Below are positions 13,144 to 25,070 of a stretch of DNA of 64,000 nt, one piece after another. The translations under genes and the position numbers were made by a program. The notes under the pieces were generated by a model. It saw nothing but the letters and a program-made list of their open reading frames with translations, made no database searches and was not told the DNA's origin. Positions within the stretch are counted from its first letter, which is position 1; the number at the start of each line of letters is the position of its first letter. Origin of the DNA: Vicugna vicugna. Lineage: Eukaryota. The stretch lies in assembly GCA_013265495.1 (NCBI GenBank), contig MU058636.1:1-64000 (forward strand), written 5' to 3'.

Positions 13144-14035
13144 TTCTCCACTGAAGATACAGAAATGGCCAACAGGCACGTGAAAAACATGCTTAATATG
13201 GCTAATTATCAGAGAAATGCAAATCAAAACTACAGTGAGGTATCACCTCACAACAGTCAGAATGGCCATCATTCAAAAGTCCACAAACAATAAATGCTAG
13301 AAAAGGTGTGGAGAAAAAACCCTCCCACGCTGTTGGTGGGGATATAATTGGTGCAGCCACTATGGAAAATGGCATGAGATTTCTTAAACAACTAAAAATA
13401 GACTTATCATATGATTTAGTCATCCCACTCCTTGGCGTATATCTGGAGAAAACTCTAATTCAAAAAGGTACATGCATTCCAGTGTTCATAGCAGTACTAT
13501 TTACAATAGCTAGGACATGGAAACAACCTAAATGTCCATGGACAGATGACTGGATAAAGAAGTTGTGGTATATCTATACAATGGAATACTACTCAGCCAT
13601 AAAAAGAATAAAATAATGCCATTTGCAGCAACATGGATGGACCTAGAGATTATCATACTAAAAGAAGTAAGTCAGACAGAGAAAGAAAAATACCATATGC
13701 TGTCACATGTGGAATCTAATAAAATGACACAAACGAACTTATTTGCAAAACAGAAACAGACAGACACAGAAAACAAATTTATGGTTATGGGGGGGTGGGG
13801 AGAGGGATAAATTGGGAGTTTGGAATTTGCAGATACAAACCATTATATATAAAATAGATAAAAAGCAAGGTCCTACTGTAGAGCACAGGGAACTCTAGTC
13901 AATACCTTGTAATAGCCTATAATGAAAATATGAAAAGGAATATATGTACATACATGTATGACTGAAACATGATGCTGTACACCAGAAATTGACACAACAG
14001 TGTAAACCGACTATAATTCAGTTAAAAAAAAAAAA
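13144..14035 (+). mobile_element. 5'-truncated L1: ORF2 C-terminus, 3' UTR and poly(A)
   Basis: ORF 13308-13616 encodes the L1 ORF2 C-terminal motif ...TIARTWKQPKCP...WIKKLWYIYTMEYYSAIK. The 3' UTR ends in poly(A) at 14024-14035. Confidence 0.95.
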
Positions 14036-15224
14036 GTCCTGAAACAAGAGTGTGCACCCCAAGTTCAGGGAATGGGAAGGTCACTCACTGAAGAAGGAGC
14101 AGAGGGCAGGCAGAGGAGTCTGAGTTGTTTCCTAAAGGCAGTGGGCGACCCTCAAAGGGTTTTAAACAGAGATGTGATAATCTGATTTGCATTTTAAAAG
14201 CTTCACTCTTGGCTCAGGGAGAAGTCTGGGGGCCCAGGATCGGCTGGAGGCCACGGCAGGAACCCAGCAGCGTGGACAGGGTCTGGACAAGGTGGTGGTG
14301 ATGGGACAAGGAGGGGACACACTGGAGGGATGCTGCGTGGACCAAATTGGTTGGGGATGTACTGGTTGTGCAGAGAGGGAATCCAGATGGGAGACACAGG
14401 ACCTGAGAATTTGCTTCATGGGTCAAAGGAATGAGTTTGGAGTCAGACATGCTGAGTTTGAGGTGCCCAGCGCGTGCTTAGCTACATGGGGTTGGCAAAT
14501 GAAATTTAACAATATGCTATTTTTTGGTTATTTTTTCAGTATGTATCAAGTTATTTGTTTTCTTGTGTTTATACCTCTACATTTTGAAAGACTCAGTAAG
14601 TCCTAAATATTAAAACATGTGGTGAGGATAGACATTTTTAGAATGTTCTCATCAAGATAAACCTTCTTCTGAATGTAACTCTTCAATAAAGCCTCCTACA
14701 GCACCAGACGGTCTGCCCCCTTAATTAAAGTCCTTGTCACAGGGCCAGCATTTGGTCAATGGTGTTGAAAAGCAGGTTTCACTATTCTTAGACAAAGCTC
14801 CCGTTTCACAGCAGAGTTCCAAAAGCCTCCCCCAGGCTGTGCTGAGGATGCCAAACAAAAGCACATTTTTCAACAACAGCCAATATAGAGAAGAGGGAAG
14901 GAAAACTCGAACAGCCCAGTGGAGCCATGAACAGAGGAAATGAAGATGGTCCCAGTGAAAGAAAACACGACGGCCCTGACACTCTCAGAGTTCACGCCAG
15001 GTGAGAGACATGTAAGTTGCAACTGTACTGAGACACCGGTTCCCACCTGAGATGAGCAGGAGTTTGGTCGGGAAACAGGCCATCTCTCAGGGGGTTGCAG
15101 ATGGAGACCCTGTCCATGGAGGACAAGTTAGCAACAGCCTGAAATTTAATATGCCCGTAACAGTTTTGTTTTAGCAAATTCATTACAAGAAATTTGTTTA
15201 GCAGATATCTGCATGCCTGTGTGA

Positions 15225-16170
15225 AATGGCTTAAGTTCACAGTTATTCACCGAAGCATGGAGATAACCTAACTTTCATCAACAGAGACCTGGTTTATAGA
15301 ATAAAATACGTTACAACCACAGGGCAGAATACTATGCAGCCATTAAAAAGAATGAAACAAGGTGGGAACAGCCCAAATGTCCATCGATGGATGGATAAAT
15401 AAAATGTAGTACACATACATACAATGAAATGCTATTCAGCCATTAAAAGGAAATGAAATTCTGATATATGCTATAACATGGATCAATCTTGAGGACACTA
15501 TGCTAAGTGAAATAAGCCAGACACAAAAGGATAAAATTTGAATGATTCTACTTATTTTGAGATAGCTAGAATAGTCGAATTCTTGGAGACAGTTAGTGGA
15601 ATGGTGGTAACCAGGGGCTGGGGGTGGGGCAGGGGGAGTTACTGTTCAAGGTGTCCGGGGTTTCAGTTTGGGAGGATGAAAAAGTTCTAGAGATAAATGG
15701 TGGGGATGGCTGCACGGCAGTGTGAATGTCCTTAATGCCACAGGACTGTGCACTGGAAAGTGGAAAATTTCATGTTATGTGTATTTTACCACACTAAAAC
15801 AGGAGAATGAAGAAGTACTTTATGTGCTGATATGAAATAATCTCCAAAATATATCAAGTGAAAATAAAAGGTCCAGAATACTATGTATAGTATGTCATCA
15901 CTTGTGTAAAAAGGATAGAGGGGGATAGAAGAAAACAAATTTCCTTTTACAAGCACAGACTTTCTCTGAAGCATAGGGAGGAACTGGGGGTCTAGAAAAC
16001 AAATTTCCTGGGGGAGGGCAGGCAGGGGCTGGGTGACCTGGGGGTGTCAGTGGGTGGAAGGCAGGTGGAGGGAGAGACTTTTCAGCAGATGCTGCTTTGT
16101 ACCCTCTAATTGTATAGCATGTCATCAAATTACGTATTTTAATTAAAACAATTAAAATTTTAAAATTAAT
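15225..16170 (+). mobile_element. Older L1 3' regions (L1MB/ME-like), probably nested fragments
   Basis: CCCAAATGTCCATCGATGGATGGATAAATAAAATGT...GCTAAGTGAAATAAGCCAGACACAAAAGG...GAAAAAGTTCTAGAGAT. Confidence 0.8.
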
Positions 16171-16454
16171 GTAATTTTTAAAAGTTTTAATAGAGTTTTT
16201 CTTGCTTTCCTAAAAAACTGCCATCTTTCCCACTATGAAAAATCCATGTTCTAAATCAACAGTTTCTTTAAGATAGATTTTTAGAAAACAAATAGGCGCT
16301 ATTCTTTCGTTCAGTTCAATTAAAGTATCATGAACACTAAATTTTTAATATAAAACCACTTGAAGAAAAATATTAACAGAAGATGTTGTTTTTGATCACG
16401 TGTCTGGTTCATACAGAGCTTTGAGCCCAAATGCTTGAGTTAAATCTTTCTCAC

Positions 16455-16507
16455 CCTCTTGTAATCCATCGCCATAAATCAGATTCCAATGGAAATTCCA
16501 GGAGCAT
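16455..16507 (-). other. Candidate 53-nt exon of an unidentified minus-strand transcript
   Basis: Donor AGG|GTGAGA. The acceptor (TCTCTTGGGAAAAG) is weak. Confidence 0.15.
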
Positions 16508-16754
16508 CTTTTCCCAAGAGATAATGGAGGATGAGCCACTTGAAAGTGAACGCCCTGCCCCTCCCTGGCCCGCATCCCCTGGTCCCGCATGGCTCTGTTG
16601 ATGCCCAAGGACCCCGCTGGCTGGAGTCTTCCTTCCATCTGTCCCTGACGTCCACTTCACTAAGCCCACTTCACCCCACCTAAAACAAAAACTCGGGTGC
16701 CGTCCATTACATTTCAGTAGGTTTCATACTCATCAAATCCTTTTTTTAAAATAA

Positions 16755-16848
16755 TTCTTACTTTTTATTGATGTGTAGTCAATTTACAATGTTAGTTTCA
16801 TGTGTACAGCAAAGTGATTCAGTTATACGTATACATACATATATACGA
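16755..16848 (-). mobile_element. Short L1 3' tail
   Basis: TTTTTATTGATGTGTAGTCAATTTACAATGTTAGTTTCATGTGTACAGCAAAGTGATTCAGTTATAC. Confidence 0.8.
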
Positions 16849-16956
16849 TCAAATCTTGAGAATATTATCTTCTGTTGCCTTCAGAAGAGGCTAGTGGCTC
16901 CTAAACTGCTGGTTAGAGTTCCACTAAAAAGTAGGGTTTTTATAAGAAATTCTAGT

Positions 16957-17043
16957 GGGGAGGGATACGGCTCAGTGGTAGAGCACTTGCTTACCACGCA
17001 TGGCATCCCCGGTCCATTCGGGAAAAAAAAGACTTAAAAAAAG
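16957..17043 (+). mobile_element. tRNA-Ala-derived camelid SINE, short and diverged
   Basis: GGGGAGGGATACGGCTCAGTGGTAGAGCACTTGCTTACCACGCATG followed by an A-rich tail. Confidence 0.75.
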
Positions 17044-19629
17044 ACAAACTCTATCATCAGTAAATGTTCTTTGAAAATTCCTTCCCTTGTCTCATTTTTA
17101 ACAGAAAAAAAGAGTCTTAACTCATTTTCTAAAGGAATTTTCCTTTCTTTTCCTTTTTTTTTTTAATATGGATTCTCACTGCTGATGGCATTTTAATTTT
17201 TCCTGTGTATTATGCTCACATCTTAATGTATGGCTTGCCGCGCAGCTTTGAAGATTGGCCAACCTGAAATTAAAATTTGCACAACTGTTATTTCTGGTGG
17301 GGGAAACTTTATCCTTCAGATCATCAAAATACCAACCCTTCCAGATCCAGGGCTTCTTCCTCCCCGTTTGCCAACATTTAATTGCATAACCAAATTCTTA
17401 CTGCTCAGACCACACCTCATTCAGCGGCTGACTGCCTGGCCTGGCTGAACACACTGTTGGAAGAATGATTTGTCTGGGCAGATTCTCAGAGCCAACATTG
17501 ATACATGTAATATTTAAACATCAGAGGTGCTTAAACTTCACCCCAAAGAATACAGCCCCGCAATCAGGGCAACTGCTGATTTTCACATTTCAGCTACTTT
17601 TGTCCCACAAAAAAGATGTGGGTCTCTCAGAGGGAGTGGGGTTCCCTGCTCTCAAGTCACATATATGTTTAAGAGCTAAACAGACAGGAAAGAAAACTCT
17701 TCTTTTTTTCCTGACGTTGGACGCCAGCTTTGTCATTTCTCCAGTGTGTCCTCAGACAGATGATGTGGCTCCTCTGGGCCTCACTTACTGACGCCACCAT
17801 AAAAGTAATGCCACTCCAAGTCCCACAAAGTCCCACAAACTGTATCGGTGCCCAGGTCACAGTGAGTGCACATTTAGGTTACTTTCCTTCCTTTAAAAAA
17901 ATCGGTGATGTCCTTTTACATTAAGTACATCCATACCAATTTCTCAAAGCTGTAGCCCCACACGGCTGGAAGTTTCCTTAGTTTCTCCTTAGTTTGTGAA
18001 ATATTAAGGGATGCTACTCTCTGGCTGTAACAAATGTGAGCTGGAATTAGTTCTCTGATGGGAACACAAGCAAAGTACTGAGCTAGAGCTCCTTTTAACG
18101 ACTCCCCTGACGCAGAGAGAGAGGAAATGAAGGCCCATTGCTTGGATCCTGGGCAGAAATGTTTTCCAAGGGAAAACCCTACATACCGCTCCCACTGACG
18201 GTTACAGGTACACTCAGCTTACAAACCAAACGCTCCTGTGTAACTGCCATCATAATGTGCATTTCAGGTCACGATAGGCATCTTAAGATCTGCCTAATCG
18301 GAAGCTTTCCAGGAATGTGTGTGTGGACTTCTGTTTGCTTTCAAAATAAGTAAATACATAATTAGAAAGGAAAAAGTCTTCTAAAACACTGCATTTACTG
18401 CCTAAATAGAGAAGCCTGATAAATAAGACCCCACGATACCAAATTCTACAAACTAAGAGAACGGTTCCCCTGGACAGATTCAGCGTGGGCTTCATTTCGT
18501 GTGATTCCCTTGCACATTTAAAATACAAATCCAAAATACCCAAATTAAAACCTTTCAGAATTTCCTACCATGTGTAAAATGACCAGGATTTGTGCTTCAC
18601 ATGATATAAGCTGTAACTCACTGCACAAGGAGACCCTGCTGTGTATCCAGGCATTTGGGCTGCAGATGCATCCTGAGATGTTAAAAATAACAACAGAAAT
18701 GGCCTCAAGAGACCTTGACATTCTTAAGGGCAATATGACCGATGTATGGATTGGTGGTTTCTCAAGGCTGAGATCTCACAGCCAAGACACGGGAGCCAGG
18801 AATATCTCTAGACAACAAAGACGTGAACTGAGAGACTAAACTGAGAAAAACTCAGAAATTCTCACCTCTACCCTTTCTCCAGGAGAGACTTTCCCAACCT
18901 TGTGTGCAGACACAGGGAGGTAACAGCATCACTAACCATGACAGTCTCATGGGGACACTAGAAGACTCGTGGATAAAAGACAAGGGGACTGGCACCTGAC
19001 ATTTGGGGTTCTTAGAGATGACACCTTCCATCTCAGGATGCCTTTTAGAAAGAGAAGAAGTCAAGGACACTGAGGGATTAGAAATTATCTAATCAAGTCC
19101 TTTCTCCTACAGAGAACACATCTCTGGGCACCTGGTGTGCTAACTGTGAATTTGCATTAGAGACAAGACTTGCACCCAGGGCTCCTCACTCAGCTGCCCT
19201 GATCCTCACGTCACACAGGCTTGAAGCAACAGAAATGTCTTTCACTTGCGTGCAATTCAACATATATTCTCCTTAGAAACAGGATGTGCAGAAGAGGCCC
19301 TTGGGCTAGCCCTGCACACCCAACCCCAGCGCAAGAAGCAGCAGTGCATTGAAGATCACCTGCCAACTGAACTGCCTCCAACAGAGCCACTGTGCCAACT
19401 TGACGTGCTGGGAACAGTGGAATCAGAGACTCTACTCCCCTGCCAGGACCTTCCAGCTCCAAATGACTGCTGGTCATCATGAGGGGAAGCACTGGGCCCC
19501 GGTGGGTGAGGAGTGGGGAGTCAGGAGTGGGGAGCATGGGGCTTCCCAGGGAATAGCCACAGGGGAAATGCCTGTACCTCAAAGCTGGCTTCCCAGCTGC
19601 CGTGTTTTGGTTTTTAAGGGGAATGTTAC

Positions 19630-19900
19630 TTATTTATTTATTAATAAATTTTAATTGAAGTGTAGTTGATTTACAATGTTAGTTTCAGGTGTATAGCAAA
19701 GCAATTCACTTATACAGGTATATACATACATTTTTTTTTCAGATTCTTTCCCATTATATGTTATTATAAGAAATCAGATATGGTTCCCTGTTGCTCTACA
19801 GTAGGTCCTTGTTGTTTATCTATTTTATATACAGTAATTATATATAGTAGTGTGTATTTGTTCATCCCAAGCTCCTAATTTATCCCTCCCCCTCCCCAGC
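19630..19900 (-). mobile_element. L1 3' end
   Basis: TTTTAATTGAAGTGTAGTTGATTTACAATG...CAGTAGGTCCTTGTTGTTTATCTATTTTATATA...CTCCTAATTTATCCCTCCC. Confidence 0.9.
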
Positions 19901-20252
19901 CGACACGTTTATTTTCATCCCTCAGCCTCAGGGGAAGGACCAGTTACCGCTGCCCTGTCCTCAGTCACCCCTGAGCGTCTGCACCAGTGTTTTTCTCCTC
20001 TCTGCCCTGCTGTTGCTGACCACCCAGTCTCCCGTTCGTACGTTGCCAGCGTAAACTTCTGTCCTTGAAATGAACACTCGGCAGTCTTTCTACAGCTTTC
20101 CGAGGTTTTATCAGCTCCACCAATGATGAGGAAAGAGAGGAGAAGTGGCTCTCTCTCTTGCTCCTTCAGCCCAGCCCCTCCTTTATTTCCTTCAAGTCCT
20201 GATGCAGTGCCTCCAGGCGCAGGAAGGCTTAAAATCCTGTGGCCAGATTCAC

Positions 20253-20314
20253 CCTGGTGTAAACATGCTCAAGGGAGGATTTCTTGAGCGTCCTCGCTGG
20301 ATTGAAGTAAGATT
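20253..20314 (-). other. Candidate 62-nt exon of an unidentified minus-strand transcript
   Basis: Acceptor CCCTGCTTTTCAG and donor AGG|GTGAAT. One frame reads (E)SYFNPARTLKKSSLEHVYTR. Confidence 0.25.
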
Positions 20315-20499
20315 CTGAAAAGCAGGGTGCGGAGGCTGGGGTGATGGGAACTTGGAGGAGACACGCATTTTGGGAAGCCACGGCGAGGGAGGTGGAGGCA
20401 GCCCTCTGGCCACTGAGCCCACCCGGAGCGGTTGTGCTTTCCTACTTTCACGTCTGTCCTGAACTGGAGCATCAGCTGCTCGAGGAAAAAGCCGGTGAC

Positions 20500-20642
20500 C
20501 TGTCTTCTCATGCTCCATTGGCCTGAGAAGGTCCTGGGTGTCTGGCAGATGCTTGATGTAAGCCTGGGAATTTCCAAACCACTTCAAGGTCATGACCTTC
20601 TTCAGTAGCACAGAGGAATGAAGGGTATTTCTGTGCCAGAAT
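20500..20642 (-). other. Candidate 143-nt exon of an unidentified minus-strand transcript
   Basis: Acceptor GGCTTTCCCAG and weak donor CAG|GTCACC. Open in the frame of track ORF 20249-20611. Confidence 0.2.
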
Positions 20643-21624
20643 CTGGGAAAGCCATAAGCAGCCGCGAACAGCAGTTTTCCTCATTCTTCATACATTTGTG
20701 TTGACTTCCTGTCTCCTCATTTGAGGGCAGTGCCTCCGAAGTGAGGTTTTGATTCAAGAGTGTCACAGAAGCAGCCGTTGACCCGACCCGCCCGCCTCTC
20801 GGACCCAGGCCCGCTGGTCTGCACAGCCGAGCAGGAGACAAAGGTCTGGCTGGACTAGGGAGGGCAGAGAGAGCTCTGCCCTTCAGGAAGCTGCTCTAAC
20901 TTTCAAGGCTGACTTTTCAAAGTCCAGGTCCTGGCATCAGTCCCCTCCCTAATTAAGGATTCATGGCTCTGGGAAGCAGGCATCCTCTTTTGGCTGGGAT
21001 AACAATAGCCGTCCCACACAGGAACCCGCTTCTGAAGCCATCCACCGTGGAAGGCTGCAGGGTCCCATCCAAAGAGCACATTGTGAAAGCTCCTGGTATT
21101 CCTTGGAAAAGCTCCACCAAATATACTGGACACACATCCTTCAGGTTATTTCAGAATGTAGTCCGGGGCCCCACGGTTGGAAGTAAATAGGCTGGCCCTC
21201 AAAGGCACGACACAGGGAAGTGCAGTGAGGACAGAGAACAACTCCCCAACCCAGGATGGCGGCGGGCGGCTTTCACGGGGCTGTAACAGAAACAGACTCC
21301 TAAGGATGGACGCAGTTTCCACTCAACTTGCCAAAAGGAGCGAAGAGGTGACCTATGAAAACTCTGAGCAAATGACAAGCTCCTCCATGCAAAACAGTGG
21401 ACAACCATGCCCCACCTTTTCTGGAAGCAGAGTCTGAAGTCATGAAGGCAGAAAAGAAAGAGAAAAACAAAAGCACTTTGAGAATTTGATGGATGGTGAA
21501 TACTGAAAGATTTATTGCAGAAGGCTCTGGAACCTGCCCTGGCCATCTTGAAACTGCGCATGGATTCCTACCTTCACAAAGCAGTTTCTGTGTGGTCCAG
21601 CCAAGGGCAAGTCACTGTTCACAG

Positions 21625-22462
21625 TGTTGCCAAAACACAGCTTCCAAACCCCGTTCACTGAGTTGAGACACTGGGACAGAGTCTTGGATGAAGTAGAAAA
21701 GGCAGCTTTATTTCTTGGCCAGGCAAAGGAGGTCACAGTGGGCTAATGCCTCTGAGACTGTGAGCCTGCCAGGGAGAGAAGGCAGAGGGTTTTTTAGGCA
21801 AACTCCAAGAGTTCAAGGGGCAGAGCTAGTTTCCATAGAGATTGCATGCACGGTAACAAATTGTTGCAAAGTTGTTCTTATTTTTTCAGATGCAATGGTC
21901 CCCTTCCCTCCGCTGGGTATGAAGTTTACCTCCAGCTTGGGACTATCTTAATATTCGTGCTCCTAGAACAAAGGTTGCAATAGGAAGGCAGTTTGTGGAA
22001 AAGAGCTCTAGAGAAAAACTTGTGCAGGTCAGAGTCAGGTTGATAAGTGCTTTTAGCCTTTCAAGCAGGCTGAGGCCTGAGACCTCCTGGGCTGCAGCTC
22101 GAACAACAGGATACAAGGAAACCACAAAGGGCAAAAACAACTGCAGACATGCACAGTTAGGGACAGTTATGAACAACAAGATGCACAAAACACCCAAGAG
22201 GAGGGCACTGGGGTCAAGAGGAGGGCACTGGGGTCAAAAGGAGGGCACTGGGGGCAAGAGCAGGGCACCGAGCATGATCCCTGCACACAGCACCACAAGG
22301 GGGCTGGGCGGACCACCCAAGCCTCCCTTTTTTTTCTCTGGCCTAACCCTGGTCAGCTAAAGCATGAGAAGAACCTTTTAAATCATATATAGTTAGGCAG
22401 TTACAAACATCATTACAGATACCAGATGGTCACTGATGACAATAGGGTCCTGCTCGGCTACA
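21625..22462 (-). mobile_element. ERV1-class solo LTR, same family as 29395-30148
   Basis: TG...CA termini (TGTTGCCAAA ... CTCGGCTACA) and a minus-strand AATAAA (~21707-21712). Colinear reverse-complement similarity to 29395-30148. Confidence 0.85.
22196..22269 (+). repeat. 20-bp tandem repeat (~3.5 copies) inside the LTR
   Basis: Unit AAGAGGAGGGCACTGGGGTC. Confidence 0.9.
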
Positions 22463-23112
22463 AGACTTGCAGCCTTCCTTCTGGCCCTTGTTATTTATTC
22501 TATGACCATGGCATTTTAATAATTTGAGTCTCTGCAATGCGTTCTAATTATAACCTTGTTAGTTGTTCAGCACCTCAGAGAAAACCTTCAAATTCTTTCA
22601 GCTACCTTCCACAGTCTGAAACGCGGCACCGAACATGTCTTGTTAGAAATAGCATGGAAAGTGCCATTCACATGGAAGGCCACCCTCGCTTAGCTTCATG
22701 GCTTCCCCATCCTTTCAGTATTGTGATTTCATCTTTATTGGATTTATTACCATGCTGCACAGGCAGTGCATACACTCAAATCACCCCACGGCTCAAAAAA
22801 AGGCAGAGAGACAGGTGGTACCTAGATGGAAATGGGGGGCCGCTGCCTTCTCAAAACTCAACAAGTTTGGAAGCTGGCCCCAGAGAGGTGAGAGTGAAAA
22901 TAAAGCACAAAGCAAGCTAAATATAAAAGCATTCATCTCAGAATCTCTGTTTCCTTTTCATACATCCAGTGGAATATACTGATGTAAAAACAAAACTGCC
23001 ACATCTCACCCAAACATTGATTTGAACTCAGAGAGAAAATGAATGGGAACAATAAAGCAATCAAAATAGGTCTTGTCTTCAGATTATAGACCAAATTCAC
23101 TTTCCTTTTTCT

Positions 23113-23461
23113 CTACAATGAAATGAGTTCCCTCAAAATTCGTATGTTGAGGTCCTAACCCCCAGGACTTCAGAATGTGACTATATTTGGAGATGAGGCC
23201 TTTAAAGAGGTGATTAAGGTAACATGAGGTCATATGGATGGGCCCTAATCCAATATGGCAGTATCATAAGAAGAGCTTAGGGCACAGACACACACAGGGA
23301 AGTGGGGCACAGCAGAAAGGCAGCCAGCCAGCCAAGGAGAGCTCTCAGAAGAAACCAACCCTGCTGGCCTCCAGCCTCCAGAGCTGTGAGACCACAGACG
23401 TCCGTGGCCGAAGCCTGCCAGTCCGCCGTACTTTGTCATAGCAGCCCTGGTGGACTAGGCA
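23113..23461 (+). mobile_element. MaLR LTR (MLT1A/B-like)
   Basis: CAAAATTCGTATGTTGAGGTCCTAACCCCCAG...GAATGTGACTATATTTGGAGATGAGGCCTTTAAAGAGGTGATTAAG...TTTGTCATAGCAGCCC. Confidence 0.85.
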
Positions 23462-23593
23462 CCTTCCCCTTGAGGTCTCCTCACCGCCAGTTTTGAACAC
23501 TGGTTCCTTCTTTTATCCACTTCCTTCCACTCCACTGAGCCCCTCACCATCTCTTCCTTCCTTCTGTTCTGTTCTTTCTTTACCTGTCTTTTA

Positions 23594-23767
23594 TTTACTT
23601 ATTTATTTATTTTTATATAGGGTTTGGGGTTTTGTTTTTGTTTTTTTGGTGGGAGGAGATAATTAGGTTTATTTTTTAATTTATTTAGTGGAGAGGTACT
23701 GGGGACTGAACCCAGGACCTTGTGCATGCTAAGCATAGCTTTCTACCAACTGAGCTATACACACCCC
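23594..23767 (-). mobile_element. tRNA-Ala-derived camelid SINE
   Basis: tRNA-Ala-like head on the minus strand. TSD TCTTTACCTG(T/A)CTTTTA starting at 23577 and 23770. Confidence 0.9.
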
Positions 23768-24067
23768 GCTCTTTACCTGACTTTTAAAAGGGGTTCCCTC
23801 ACTTTCTTCTCAGACAGAGGTGAAGTCTGTGGAGGGCGAAAGGGAGAGAAGGCATTCTGCACCCAGACTCCCCAGTCTGCTGAGAGGCTAGGGCCCCCCG
23901 AGCTCACAGGTATCTCCGCTTTGCCAGGGAATCAGGCAGAATCACTTCTGACTTCATCAGAAGGTGTGATGCTCCCTTTCTGGATGACCTTGACCAAGTC
24001 ACTCAACTTCTCTGAGCTTCTGCTGGCTTATAGATTTTTTAAAAAGGGGTGGTGATGCAAATTCCTG

Positions 24068-24500
24068 TGAAGGGTTTCAGAATGAGCCCCCCCAAATGTG
24101 CCACTTTGGCATGTGGATTGTTCTGAGCTGAAGCCATCTGGGCCCAAAAGGCCCAGGAGGAGATTTTTTTACCTCCCCCTCAACTTCCTAAAGGAATTCA
24201 GTCTGGGGCCTGGCTCAGAAAGAGAGAACTTTATCCAAGTGACCTATCTGTATTGCACAGCAACACTGAATTACCAAATGCCCATCTTCTTATTGTCCTG
24301 CGACTGGCCCTCCCATTCCTCAGCTCAGGATGGCGTGGAAGGCTCAGCTGCCCAACTGGCCCTTGGCTTTCATGTCTTTGGGGCTCCCCAGTGTAAATAA
24401 CTGATGTCGTTCTTCTCCTGTTAATCTGTCTTATGTCAATGTAATTATTAGACCAGCTGAAGAACCCGGAAGGGTACAGCATAAATTTTCTTCACCTACA
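24068..24500 (+). mobile_element. ERV1 solo LTR (MER34-like) inserted in a MIR
   Basis: TGAAGGG...CCAAATGTGCCACTTTGGCATGTGGATTGTTCTGAGCTGAAG...CTGTTAATCTGTCT...CACCTACA. Flanks CCTG/CTTG form a near-TSD. Confidence 0.8.
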
Positions 24501-24539
24501 CTTGCACAGCTGTGTGTGGTTCAATTGAGATAATACACT

Positions 24540-24759
24540 GGGTTGGGAATTTGGGATTAACAGATACATGCTACTGTATATACAATAGGTAAACAATAAG
24601 GATCTACTGTATAGCACAAGGAACTATATTCAGTATCTTATAGTCACCTATAATGGAATAGTATCTGAAAAAAGAAGAGGTAGATATGTATCAGTATAAC
24701 TGAATCACTCTGCTGTGTACCTAAACATTATAAATCAACTATACTTCAACTTAGAAAAA
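24540..24759 (+). mobile_element. L1 3' end with exact 12-bp TSD
   Basis: L1 3' UTR flanked by AGATAATACACT at 24528-24539 and 24760-24771. Confidence 0.9.
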
Positions 24760-25070
24760 AGATAATACACTCAAAAATACTTTATATACTGGTCACAATA
24801 GCTCAGTTTTTCTATCTACAAAATAAGTTCTACCTAGAATTTCACAGTATGGTATCATGAAAAATGAAAGTCAGCAAATAATTAAAATTCTGTAACTCTG
24901 AATATTATATACTTTGGAGGATTATTTCTACTCTGTATTTCATTGGTCTGATAAAGTTTATTTTTGTTTCTCTTGATAGTTAATATTTACGAAGAGTGTT
25001 GTACTTGGTATTCAGAAGAGAATTCTAAAAACACAAAAGACCCGGTTCTAGCCTTCAGGCGTTCTGCCTT

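Noticed and set aside
13308..13810. ORFs resembling real protein (102 aa and 81 aa)
   Set aside because: They are frameshifted L1 ORF2 C-terminal and 3' UTR remnants, not host genes.
20960..21140. Minus-strand frame YIWWSFSKEYQELSQCAL, reminiscent of a hAT transposase dimerisation motif
   Set aside because: The similarity is too short, the downstream conserved residues are absent and no TIRs were seen. It cannot be supported without an HMM search.
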